This document shows, one piece after another, positions 1 through 10,679 of a stretch of 64,000 nucleotides of DNA (position 1 is the first letter of the stretch; every line of letters begins with the position of its first letter). The DNA comes from Macrostomum lignano (Eukaryota). A program made the translations under genes and the position numbers. The notes below the pieces were generated by a model. The model worked only from the letters and a program-made list of their open reading frames with translations, did no database searches and was not told the origin of the DNA. The stretch covers positions 434,001 through 498,000 of the forward strand of contig NIVC01000282.1 in the NCBI GenBank assembly GCA_002269645.1, written 5' to 3'.

Positions 1-84
1 CATCCGCCATCTTCTTATTTCTCATATCCTCCTGTTCTCCTAACCTGATCCTAAAATTTTATCTCCCTCTCCTCAAATCCCAAG

Positions 85-3000
85 GAACCCTGGCTGGCGG
101 AGAGACCAGCGGCACTGACTCGAGTCCCGACTGCGTGCGTGGCTCCGCCGATTCGTCCACTAGCGGAGCTCGCGCCGCTGCCGCCGCTGCTGCCGCCGCT
201 GCTGCCGCCTCCGCTGCCGATTCTTCAGATGCCGCCGCCGCCGCTGCCCCCGACCCGCTGCCGTCGTCCAGCCAGCAGGCGGCGCTGCCGTCTCTGGCGC
301 CATCGGCCGCCGCCGAGTCCACCTCCTCGATGGACCATCGTCGGCAGCATCAGCAGGCGGACACGTCGACGCTAACGGCCAGCGGCGGCCCGTCTGCTTC
401 TTCGGCTCCGCCGTGGATCGCGCAATCCGCCGCGGCCGCTTCATCTTCGCCGTCGCCGCCGCCGTCGTCTCCAGCGGAGCGGCAGTTGCTGGACGCAGGC
501 AGGAACCGCGAGGCCGCTGATGCTGAACAACTCGACGACGGCGACGCTTCGCCACCAACACCGACGCCCGACGCGGAGCTGCCGGCCTCCAGCGACCGCG
601 GCGGCGTTGGCAGCGGTGTCAACGAAGACGAGGAGGACCGGTCGAGGAGCCCTGCGCCTCTGCCGCTGGCTGTGCCGCCTTCGCTGCCTCAGGCGTCGGC
701 GCCGCCTCAAGCGTTGCTGCCTCCGCCGTCGCTGCCGCCGCAGTCGATGCTGGTCGCCGGAACCGACACTGACGCTGTGTCGTCGTCGAGTGCCGGTCGA
801 TCCACTGGCCCACTCGGTGGCGCATTGTCGAGGCCTCTGCCAAGTCAGCAGCAGCTGCCCCAGTCGCAGACGCCCTCTGTCGACATTCAAGAGGTGGAGT
901 CTTCGTCATCAACATCGTCAGCTGCTGCTACCGGTGCCGCTGCTTCGCTGATGCAGCGAGCTTCAGGTAGCCAAGAGGACTCGCGCGTGAGCTCCAGCTC
1001 GCCCGCTGTCACTGCCGCGACCGGTTCAGCTGCTGGTGGAGGCAAGAAATTCTTCCAGCAGCGCGTTGGCCCCGGCTCCGTGTCCGGCGGCCCAGCTTCC
1101 CAGTCTGCCTCATCCGGCGACTTTCACCAGCAGCAACAGCCTCAGCTGCCGCATCGACAGCCGCAGCACCAGCGAGATCCCTACGCCTTTGACGACGAGG
1201 AAGATTCCATGGCGACATCTGCCAGCTCGGTGGCGCCCTGTGGCAGCGGCTCTGGCGTCGTTGGCGGCGGCAGCGGCGTCGGCGCCATCCCGCTGAAGAT
1301 GCGCCTGATGGCCGCTGAATCTTCGTCCTCGCTGCGCCATCAGCAGCCTCCGCAGCTGGCGCCTCCTCCGGCCTCCTCGTCCTCGGTGATGGACGTCAAA
1401 AGCCACGACGATGCCGGCGCGCCGTCTTCGTCTGCCGGCTCCGGCGTCCCAGCGCAGCAGCGACTGCCGCGCTCTGCTGAAGCCGGCGAGGATGACGACG
1501 GCGAAGGAGGCTCCTCTCGGCAGCTGGCAGCCAGCGCCTCCGCTGACTCGCGGCCCGCTGCCAGCCGTCGAGCTGCTGCTGGCGACGTCACTGACGTTGC
1601 TGCCGCCACCGCCAGTCGTCCAGTCGATGATGCCGGCGCTTCCGACACGGCCGAGGCGTCCAACGATGCCACCGCGGCCGCCTCCACAGCCGATGACGAG
1701 TCGGAGGCTGGAGGCCGATCCCGGCGCCGCTCCGGCTCGGCTGCCTCCAAGGAAGCGTCGGCGACACCGCCTGGCTCAGATGAGGACAGCATGCGGGTGC
1801 CGCCGCTGCGAATCCGGCTGCCGCCCGACGTGTCAGAGATGCAACAGGTGAGGGCCGCCCGCGTGTGACCTACGTGTTGCGAAATGTATAGCTTTTACTT
1901 ACTAAAGGCAGCAGACAGACCTTAGACAATAGCCTAAGAGGCGAATCGCATTTCGCATTGATAACAACTCCATTTAGCCTACTTGAGTTAGTAGCAAGTA
2001 AAGGCTAACATAGCAAAACGACTCTTAGCCGACTCTTTTTTACGATTCTGCAACTCGCGTGATGCGCTCGTGACTCAAAAGTCGTTTGAGTCATTAAAAA
2101 GTCACAAAAATCGCCCCAGAGTCGCTATTAAGTTGTTTGCAATGACTCTCTTTATCGATTCTTGTCACGGTAAGGTTCTCAACGGGTGAGCTGTTTTGAG
2201 ATTCAATTGCATCTTTTCTACAACTCCACTTGCTAAAGCGCAGCTCAAAAGACTCGATATTTGAGATTTTAAGTCTGCCAGCTCTGGTCTCTGGTTGAGA
2301 GCCGCTAGCTCATTGATGTCAAACTGTAATCTGTAAGCCTCGCCAACATCCGCAGGCGGCTCCGGTCACCAGCAGCAGCGGCGGCACTTTGGCCAAGCAG
2401 CAGCAGCACCAGTTGCAGCATCCGGGAGGTCGGCAGCTGCGATCGACAACGCGCGGCTCCCATCGCGAAGAATCGCAGAGCGGCGGCGTCACCAGCAGCG
2501 GAGGCCGAGATAGCAGCGACGGTGAGCAGTCTCAGCCGCTGCCGGCAGCTGCTCAAGCTCCTCAGCAGCAGCAGCAGTCATCGGGATTCGGCGGCTCAGC
2601 CTCCTCTTCAGCTCCATCATCGTCGGCCGTACAGTCAGCAGCCGCCTCCACTGTCACTTCATCATCTTTGTCGGGTGGCCAGTCGCAGCTTCAGCAGCAG
2701 CAGGCGGCCGCGTCATCATCGGCAGCTTCATCCTCCTCATCCCAGCCTCATTCGCATCATCATCATCATCAACCCAACCGCTCGCAGGCGGCCGAGCCCG
2801 CCCAGCCGCCGCCGAAGAAGCGAAATTTGCGCGCCAGACCGGACGAAGTGGCGGCCGCGGTGGCCCAGCTGGCCGCCCAGCCTCCGCCAGAGCCGCCGTC
2901 CGCCCGCTCCATCAAGATCGAGGTGCCCGAGAATCCCATCGACAAGCTGGCCGCGGTGAAACGGCAGCTACGCGAGCGGCTCAACCGGCTGTCCGTGGTG

Positions 3001-4232
3001 CAGCCGAGCGCGCCGAAAGGATTTGCCGACTACCTGCTGACTAGCAAGAAGTACTACATTGCCGGCAACAAGTACGCTGTGCAGCTCCCGAGGCGGCTCG
3101 ACTGTCCTCCCGATGTGAGGAACCCGGCGCTCAAGTCGCTGTTCCTGGAGCAGGAGGAGGCCCGCGCCGGCCTGCGCCTCTCGCAGCAGTCGGAGCGCGA
3201 GCGGCTGGTGCTGGCTGCTGAGCAGGTGGGTGGGATTTCCTCTGGCGGTGTGGGATTTCCTCTGGCGGTGTGGGATTTCCTCTGGCCGTGTGGGATTTCC
3301 TCTGGCGGTGTGGGATTTCCTCTGGCGGTGTGGGATTTCCTCTGGCGGTGTGGGATTTCCTCTGGCCGTGTGGGATTTCCTCTGGCCGTGTGGGATTTCC
3401 TCTGGCGGTGTGGGATTTCCTGTACAGGTGTGGGATTTCCTGTACAGGTGTGGGATTTCCTGTACAGGTGTGGGATTTTATCTGGACTTGTCTTTAGTTC
3501 TGGGATTTCTAATGACAGTGTGGGATTTCTAATGGTTGTAGGGAAGCTCTTTCCGTGTATGGGATTTCTGATTATGTGAATTTTCGGCTTTAAAGTCTAA
3601 AAGGGTTTATAGCTACAAAATCATGCTACAACACGTTAGCATCGATTCCTATATGGTTGCCATGGTCTCCCCACCAACTTCCCCCGCAGGAGGTGATCCG
3701 CGCCTACAACCGGGCGGCCCTCTACATGGCTGGCCAGAGCCGCCAGCTGTCCTTCTGCGCCGCCATCGCCGACCGCGACTTTACCCACCTGCGCGCCGAC
3801 TTCTCGGACGGCGCCGAGACTGCAGCGGCCGCTGCTGGAACCGGCGCCGCCACCAGCGCTGCTTCGGCGACCTCGGCAACCGGCGGCGGCCCTGGCCGAG
3901 GTGGCAGCGGCGGCGGCAGCGGTGGGGCCGGCAGCCAGCAGCAGTCGGACTCACATCTCTCGCCCGACAGGTTCACCAGCCAGGAGTTCGTCACCTGGAT
4001 TGACGAGATCATCGTGAAGTTCACCAAGGCGCAGAAAGACCTGTCTAATCGGCAGCACCACGAGGCTGACGCTCTCAACGCTGTGCAGAAACTCGACTGG
4101 GAGCTCAAGCTCAAGGAGGCCCAGTTGGTGGAACGGCGGGCCAGCAACGTGTGCATGAGGATCGATAGGAATCACGTGCCACTGATTGACGTACCCTCCA
4201 GTTATGACCTGTTTAAGGTGTCCCCGATCTGA
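85..4232 (+). CDS. ANKRD11: ANKRD11/ANKRD12-like nuclear co-regulator, 3' part (5' exons and ankyrin repeats lie upstream of the window)
   Basis: Exons 85-1847, 2356-3225, 3690-4232(TGA), with phase-0 GT..AG introns (CAG|GTGAGG..CCGCAG; CAG|GTGGGT..CCGCAG). Spliced C-terminus FADYLLTSKKYY..LKSLFLEQEEARAGLRLSQQSERERLVLAAEQ|EVIRAYNRAA..RFTSQEFVTWIDEI..RQHHEADALNAVQKLDWELKL..HVPLIDV matches the conserved ANKRD11/12 C-terminal domain. ANKRD11 vs ANKRD12 cannot be resolved. Confidence 0.85.
1975..2260 (+). mobile_element. Dispersed repeat family (unclassified), copy in ANKRD intron
   Basis: ACGATTCTGCAACTCGCGTGATGCGCTCGTGACTCAA..GAGTCATTAAAAAGTCACAAAAATCGCCC recurs inverted at about 49198-49320. 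TAGCCTAC(T)TGAGTTAGTAG and AATCGCCCCAGAGT recur at about 46150-46225. Confidence 0.65.
3231..3480. repeat. 20-bp minisatellite GTGGGATTTCCTCTGGCGGT in ANKRD intron
   Basis: About 12 tandem units starting just after the donor site. Confidence 0.95.
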
Positions 4233-4410
4233 GCAGCCTGTGACCTGTTCACGGTGTCTCCCCCCGATCTGAGCAGCCTGTGACCTGTTTACGGTGTCTC
4301 CCCCCGATCTGAGCAGCCTGTGACCTGTTCACGGTGTCTCCCCCGATCTGAGCAGCCTGTGACCTGTTTACGGTGTCTCCCCCCGATCTGAGCAGCCTGT
4401 GACCTGTTCA
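4204..4410. repeat. About 40-bp tandem repeat spanning the ANKRD stop codon and 3' UTR
   Basis: Unit TGACCTGTT(T/C)ACGGTGTCTCCCCCGATCTGAGCAGCCTG, about 5 copies; the first copy is the end of the CDS. Confidence 0.9.
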
Positions 4411-4746
4411 CTGTGTCATTAATGATTACCAGGTGTTGTAATTCAATTGGAGCAAAGCAGTTTCTGTCTCTTTTGATTGCGATTGTTTTAACGTTGTCTT
4501 TTTCAATATGTAACTTAATGCTTTGTTTTATCAACGCTTTTATCAACTGTCCCCGTGCGCTCGCCCGTTATTTAACTTAATTCGGTAATTTTTCAAATGT
4601 TTTACTAACTGTATCCGATCATTGCTCTTTGAGGAACTATAAATCTGGCCTTTGCAACGGACTTTGATTGATGTTCAGTCACGCTGTGTACAACATCATC
4701 TATACTATTAGTGAAATTTCCTGGCAAATTTGTCTATCTGTCTTAG

Positions 4747-4794
<48 letters not shown>

Positions 4795-4795
4795 G

Positions 4796-4893
<98 letters not shown>

Positions 4894-4900
4894 GTCTGTC
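4747..4900. repeat. (TCTG)n microsatellite
   Basis: Near-perfect tetranucleotide run. Confidence 0.97.
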
Positions 4901-5979
4901 TGTGTTTGTTTTGTGAACTATTTTAAGCGTGTGTTTAGTTTGTCTGTTTGATTGCTTATGGATTTGTCCGTTCTGAATAGCTATTTGAATACTATTAATA
5001 TATTTATATTTATTACTAGTTGTTACACATTGTAATTGTGAAATCTTGTGCACCGAATAACGTGTTAATACCTTGCGTCTTATTATTGACCTACAAAATT
5101 AAAATGAAGTATAGGTAGGTTCCATGTTCATTCGGAAATACCTTGGATTTTCCGTGGAAAGTCCTTTTTTACTTCGCACGTGTTAGTCTAAAAAAGGAAA
5201 GAAACGGTCGATCGACGGACGTGTCATGGAGATTTTTTGGCGGCAAAGTGATGGTCACGAAAGAACAAAAAGAAATTAAGCATAAGCTCCAAATTTCTAC
5301 TAATTGTTGCATCAAAATAAAAGCCGATTTTTTCTGCTTTACGTCTCTCTTTGACTTATTGTCGTTCTTCTAAGTTCTAACAAATGCTGATTGTTGATGC
5401 TTTACTTGGCAGACCGGTGTAAGAAGGCTTTTTAAAGATTATGAATACTTTCAGTATCAGAAAGTTAGTCTGTCTTGTCATACGCATTCGTTTCTAAACA
5501 TGGGTCAAACAAAAATCCTTGAAGTGTACGTTAAAAACGAAAACAACGAACGCGGCCGGGGTCGCCACACAGCGAACTCATCCTTCACGTCACGAAATGA
5601 GAAAGCAGCATGAACTCTCCATTTCAACAATCTTTGTACGAGCCCGTATCATGCCAAAAGTCTAATTCTCACGGTAATTTTCATTGAGGTTGGCGTCAAT
5701 CTTTGAAGTTTTGTTTTTCTCGGTGAATTTCTCAGCAATGCTGATACGCCCTGGCCGCTGTCCAATAAAAGTTTGCCCTAGGAGGGGAATCTCTACAAAA
5801 TTTCTAAAAATAGATCGTGTACACTTGCTTTACAGTTTAGATCCATGTTGAATGAATGGAATTCCCGTGGGATTGCCTCGGCTTGGCTGAATAACAATAA
5901 CCCCTATCAAATTTAGTGGGCAAAAAAAATTAAACTATCCTCTGATATTCGTCTCAAAACTTGATTTTTAAAGAAAGCA

Positions 5980-8142
5980 ATGGCCGAAAGCAGTCAGCTG
6001 CAGATGGGCTACAAGATCGGTGGCATAGACAAGCTGGAACCCAGATACAAGTGCGCCCACTGTCACCTGCTGCTGAGAGAGCCGATGCAAGGAGACTGCG
6101 GTCACCGCTACTGCAGGAACTGCGTGCAGCTCAAGTTCAACGAGGCCAAGCAGAAGGGCGAGCCGTCTCTCTGCCTGGAATGCGACTCAAGCGACAGCGA
6201 CAGGGCAGAAATTTCGCCAGACCGAACCTACCCTGACATGGCCATCAAGAGGGAGATCAACAAGTCGCTGAAAGTGCAGTGCCCGAACTCTCCTTGCGAC
6301 AAGGTGATGCAGGTGAGGGAGCTGGACGATCACCTTCAAGAGTGCAAGTTCAGGCCCGAGCCTTGCGAGCTGTGCGGAGAATTGGTTGCTATGCAGATTC
6401 TGGCTGAGCACAAAGAGCAGAAATGCCGCAGAAGACTTGTGCCCTGCGATGTGTGCAAGGAGCGAGTAGCCTTTGAGTCATTGGATGAGCACAAGAGCTC
6501 AACTTGCATTGGCAGTACAGTGGAATGCGAGTTCTGCTTGGCTCGCGTCAAGGACAACGAAGAGGCCAAGAGCTCTCACTGGTTGAAAGAATGTCCGGTC
6601 GGGTGGCACACCACACGGTGTCCTTTCGGGTGTCCGGAGATGTCCGAGGGTTGGGAGAAGCACCGGGTACAGCACCAGGCCACTCATATTGACAGGCTGC
6701 TGGCCTTGTCAAAGCGGCAGCAGCAGCAGCAGGCTGATCCACCAGAGCAGAGCCTCGTGCCCGTCTCCAGGGGTGCAGCGGCGGCGGCAGCGGCGGGAAC
6801 TTCAGTGCCGGCCTCCGAGCTGACTGGGTCCGACTTTGAAGAGCTGAGCCGGCTGAAGGAGAAGGCGGCTGCCTTGGAGTCCAGGATGAAGTCCATGGCG
6901 CTGCCCACAGACTTGGCGAAGATTCTGAAGGACCTCCAAGGCAGCATCGTGCAGGGCGACAAGGTGAAGGAGCTGCTTCAGGTGATCAAGGAGCAGTTCG
7001 ACAACTGCTACGACAAGATCAGGCAGTACGAGCTGCGGATGCAGAAGGACTTGGAGAAGAAGCTGGACATCGAGCGGAAGCACCAGGAGCTGGTGAAGCT
7101 GCTGGCCTACAAAGAGATGAAGATTCTCGACCTTGAGCGGCGCGTTGAGGTTCTTGAGCACGCTGGCTACGACGGGGTTCTTGTGTGGAAGATCACGGAT
7201 GTGCGGCGGCGCAAGGAGGAGGCGCGGGAGGGCAAAGTGTGCTCGATCTACTCACCTCCGTTCTACACGGGCAAGGCTGGGTGAGTTTTGACTGACGCTT
7301 CCACGGGTTCGAATTCTCTCCAATCCGCCCCTCAATCCGCCAATCCACTCCTCAATCCGCCAATCCGCCCCTCAATCCGCCAATCCACTCCTCAATCCGC
7401 CAATTCGCCCTCAATCCGCCAATCCGCCCCTCAATCCGCCAATCCGCCCCTCAATCCGCCAATCCACCCATCAATCTGCCAATCCACTCTTCAATCCGCC
7501 AATCCGCCCCTCAATTCGCCAATCCGCCCCTCAATCCGCCAATCCACCCATCAATCTGCCAATCCACTCTTCAATCCGCCAATCCGCCCCTCAATTCGCC
7601 AATCCGCCCCTCAATCCGCCAATCCGCCCCTCAATCCGCCAATTCGCCCCTCAATCCGCCAATCCGCCCCTCAATCCGCCAATTCGCCCCTCAATCCGCC
7701 AATCCGCCCCTCAATCCGCCAATCCACCCTTCAATCCGCCCCTATCCACCCCTTAATCCGCCCCTCAATCCACCCCATCCGCCCCAGCTACAAGATGTGC
7801 GGACGACTCTACCTGAACGGCGACGGCGCGGGCAAGAACACGCACATCAGCCTCTTCTTCGTGATCATGCGCGGTGCCTTCGACGCCCTGCTGCCGTGGC
7901 CCTTCGCCAAGAAAGTCTCCATGATGCTGCTGGACCAGAACTTCGACGAGCACGTGATCGACGCCTTCAAGCCGGACACTTCGTCGTCTTCGTTCAAGCG
8001 GCCCAGCACGGACATGAACATCGCATCGGGCTGCCCGCTGTTCATGCCGCTGGCCGACTTCGAGAACGGCAGTCGCGGCTACGTCAAGGACGACGCCATG
8101 TTCATCAAGTTCATCGTGGACAAGAGCGACCTGCCTACGTAA
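5980..8142 (+). CDS. TRAF3: TNF receptor-associated factor, TRAF2/3-like (RING, TRAF zinc fingers, coiled coil, MATH), about 551 aa
   Basis: Exons 5980-7280 and 7788-8142; the phase-2 intron GG|GTGAGT..CCCCAG|C restores FYTGKAG-YKMCGRLYLNGDGAGKNTHISLFFVIMRG. RING CAHCHLLLREPMQGDCGHRYCRNC. MATH end MNIASGCPLF..YVKDDAMFIKFIVDKSDLP. The family is certain; TRAF2 vs TRAF3 is not. Confidence 0.92.
7320..7787. repeat. About 12-bp minisatellite CAATCCGCCCCT filling the TRAF intron
   Basis: Dozens of units running up to the acceptor. Confidence 0.95.
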
Positions 8143-8145
8143 AGT

Positions 8146-8818
8146 CGAGTTGTGTTGCAAGTTTCCGGACTGTGTTCCCTGCGGACAGCAAAATTATGTA
8201 AAAATGCTAAATTTTACCCACATCCTGTTTCACGTTTGTTTTATTGAAGCATAAAAATTCACAGCAATGCATGCATGCTGACAGCTTTTTTCGGCCGTTC
8301 ACATGGGTGTTTTCCTTTTCGTCTGTGGTTCAATGCAAGAATTTCCAATTTTATGAACTTACAGCCAAAGGCAACAACCGTTAATAGCAGGCAAAGAACA
8401 AGTAGGGGTGTTCGGGATGGGCAATTTTTTCGGGGTTCGGGGCGGTACCCCTACCCCGAACTCCGACCCGAATATTTTTTCAAACCCCGAACCCCGAACA
8501 CCCCTAACAAATGGTATTTCTGTGAAATTTAATGCTTCGATTAAACAAACGTGACGTGAAAGAGAATGTCGGTGAAGGGCCTTTCAAATTCTGCTCATGG
8601 AGTCCCTAATTATCTCCTTGCTTGTCCCCTATCCAAAGTCCAATTTTTGTCGTTTTTTTGCCAAACTCATCAGTCTCCTGATGTCATTGGGAGCAGAATG
8701 ATGTATCATTTGAGTACATAGGTTACTCGGGCTCCACTTTATAAGTTGACTTTTTCACTAATTTAAACAATCCTGTCGTCCGCAGTAAACACAGTCCTGA
8801 AACTTGCAACACCCCTCG
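8146..8818. mobile_element. Degenerate mariner-like MITE (about 670 bp) immediately after the TRAF stop codon
   Basis: Left CGAGTTGTGTTGCAAGTTTCCGGACTGTGTTCCCTGCGGAC pairs with the reverse complement of the right end, CGAGGGGTGTTGCAAGTTTCAGGACTGTGTTTACTGCGGAC. TA follows the right end but is absent on the left. Confidence 0.6.
8403..8506. repeat. 104-bp palindromic mini-element nested in the MITE
   Basis: TAGGGGTGTTCGGG...CCCGAACACCCCTA perfect 14-bp inverted ends with internal CCCCGAA motifs; no TSD found. Confidence 0.6.
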
Positions 8819-9104
8819 TACGCTCGTAAACGCAAAAAACTTTAACATTATTTGCATATACCGTGGCGGCCCAGCCGGTCCGCGACTGTTTGCACCGAAT
8901 ATTGTTATATATGTGAATATTCAAAACTTCTGACAAAGCTGCTACTACTGTTATCAAACTTTAATTATAATTATTTGGAAAAACACTCAATGTTTTTCCA
9001 AAGTTATAAAATGTCTTTCATACTTTCTCGAATATTAGCCTGTCAGTTCGAAGCATGTGACGTTTAGACTATGCAGACTTTAATGAAAAATTATCCAAAA
9101 AATT

Positions 9105-9950
9105 GGGCAATCAATCTATAGAACAGCTGGGCAATAAATCTATAGAACAGCTGGGCAATAAATCTATAAAACAGCTGGGCAATAAATCTATAGAACAGCT
9201 GGGCAATAAATCTATAAAACAGCTGGGCAATAAATCTATAGAACAGCTGGGCAATAAATCTATAAAACAGCTGGGCAATAAATCTATAGAACAGTTGGGC
9301 AATAAATCTATAGAACAGCTGGGCAATAAATCTATAAAACAGCTGGGCAATAAATCTATAGAACAGCTGGGCAATCAATCTATAGAACAGCTGGGCAATA
9401 AATCTATAGAACAGCTAGGCAATAAATCTATAGAACAGCTGGGCAATAAATCTATAGAACAGCTGGGCAAGAAATCTATAGAACAGCTGGGCAATAAATC
9501 TATAGAACAGCTAAGCAATAAATCTATAGAACAGCTAGGCAATAAATCTATAGAACAGCTAGGCAATAAGTCTATAGAACAGCTAGGCAATAAATCTATA
9601 GAACAGCTAGGCAATAAGTCTATAGAACAGCTAGGCAATAAGTCTATAGAACAGCTGGGCAAGAAATCTATAGAACAGCTAGGCAATAAATCTATAGAAC
9701 AGCTGGGCAAGAAATCTATAGATCAGCATGGCAATAAATTTATAGAACAGATAGGCAATAAATCTATAGAACAGCTGGGCAAGAAATCTATAGAACAGCT
9801 GGGCAATAAGTCTATAGAACAGCTGGGCAAGAAATCTATAGAACAGCTGGGCAAGAAATCTATAGAACAGCTGGGCAATAAATCTATAGAACAGCTAGGC
9901 AATAAATCTATAGAACAGCAAGGCAGGAAGTCTATAGAACAGCTAGGCAA
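9105..9950. repeat. 24-bp minisatellite CTGGGCAATAAATCTATAGAACAG
   Basis: About 35 units; explains ORF 9103-10311 (LGNKSIEQ)n. Confidence 0.95.
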
Positions 9951-10410
9951 ACTTTTTTTACAGTCTCTGGTTAGGGAAAACCTGATGAATCAAGCAAGCA
10001 CTAGAAGAAAGCAGAACCCATGCAGTGCCAATTCTCTACAACTTCATCCGTGGTTGCCCGAGCTCCAAGAGACTGCAAACTCTGTCGCACGATCGGGCAG
10101 CTGCCGCGCGCATGCACCATGCATGACTCAATCAGCTGCACTCAAGTCGCAGCAGCTCGCAATCAACACACTTTGCACATGCAGATTCGAACAAAAAGTC
10201 ACGCTCATCTCCCAGAGTGCCGCAGATAGCAAAGATCCCCAAATCCCAACTGATATTCAGCTCTCCTGTAACTGCCTGCCTGCCGGCTTGTTTGCGCTTC
10301 GCAATCGCTGATAACATCCAATCCTAAAAAGGCCACCCAATGCAGATGGGAATCCAGCTCGAGAAAATAGTTCGATTTCCCTCCGAATCTAATTGGATCT
10401 CCAAACCGCA

Positions 10411-10648
10411 ATGCCGACACCGTCGCCCTCGCCCTCGCCGCAGCCGCCGACAACTCGGCAACACTCGAAGCCACGGCCAAGTCGTGCGCGACACGCCGAC
10501 TTCGAGTTCAGCACCGTCTACGTGGACGAAGATCTGGACTTGGAGGACGTGCTGCAGCAGTTGCGAGTCGAACAGCACCAGCGACACTCGAGGCCGTCGG
10601 CTGCCGGGCTTGCGACACCGACGCCGCCGCAGTCGGCAGGTCGGAGAA

Positions 10649-10679
<31 letters not shown>

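Noticed and set aside
59-1792. Numerous overlapping antisense or alternate-frame ORFs over GC-rich exons (also 6187-7161, 12312-13358, 44083-45884)
   Set aside because: Shadow ORFs expected from GC-rich coding sequence with few stop codons.
5292-5312. AATTTCTACTAATTGTTGCAT resembling a Cas12a direct repeat
   Set aside because: Single imperfect occurrence in AT-rich intergenic DNA; chance match.
9103-10311. 402-aa ORF of (LGNKSIEQ)n
   Set aside because: Starts with TTG, is only the translation of a 24-bp minisatellite whose unit lacks a stop in one frame, and has no splice context or host-like codon usage.
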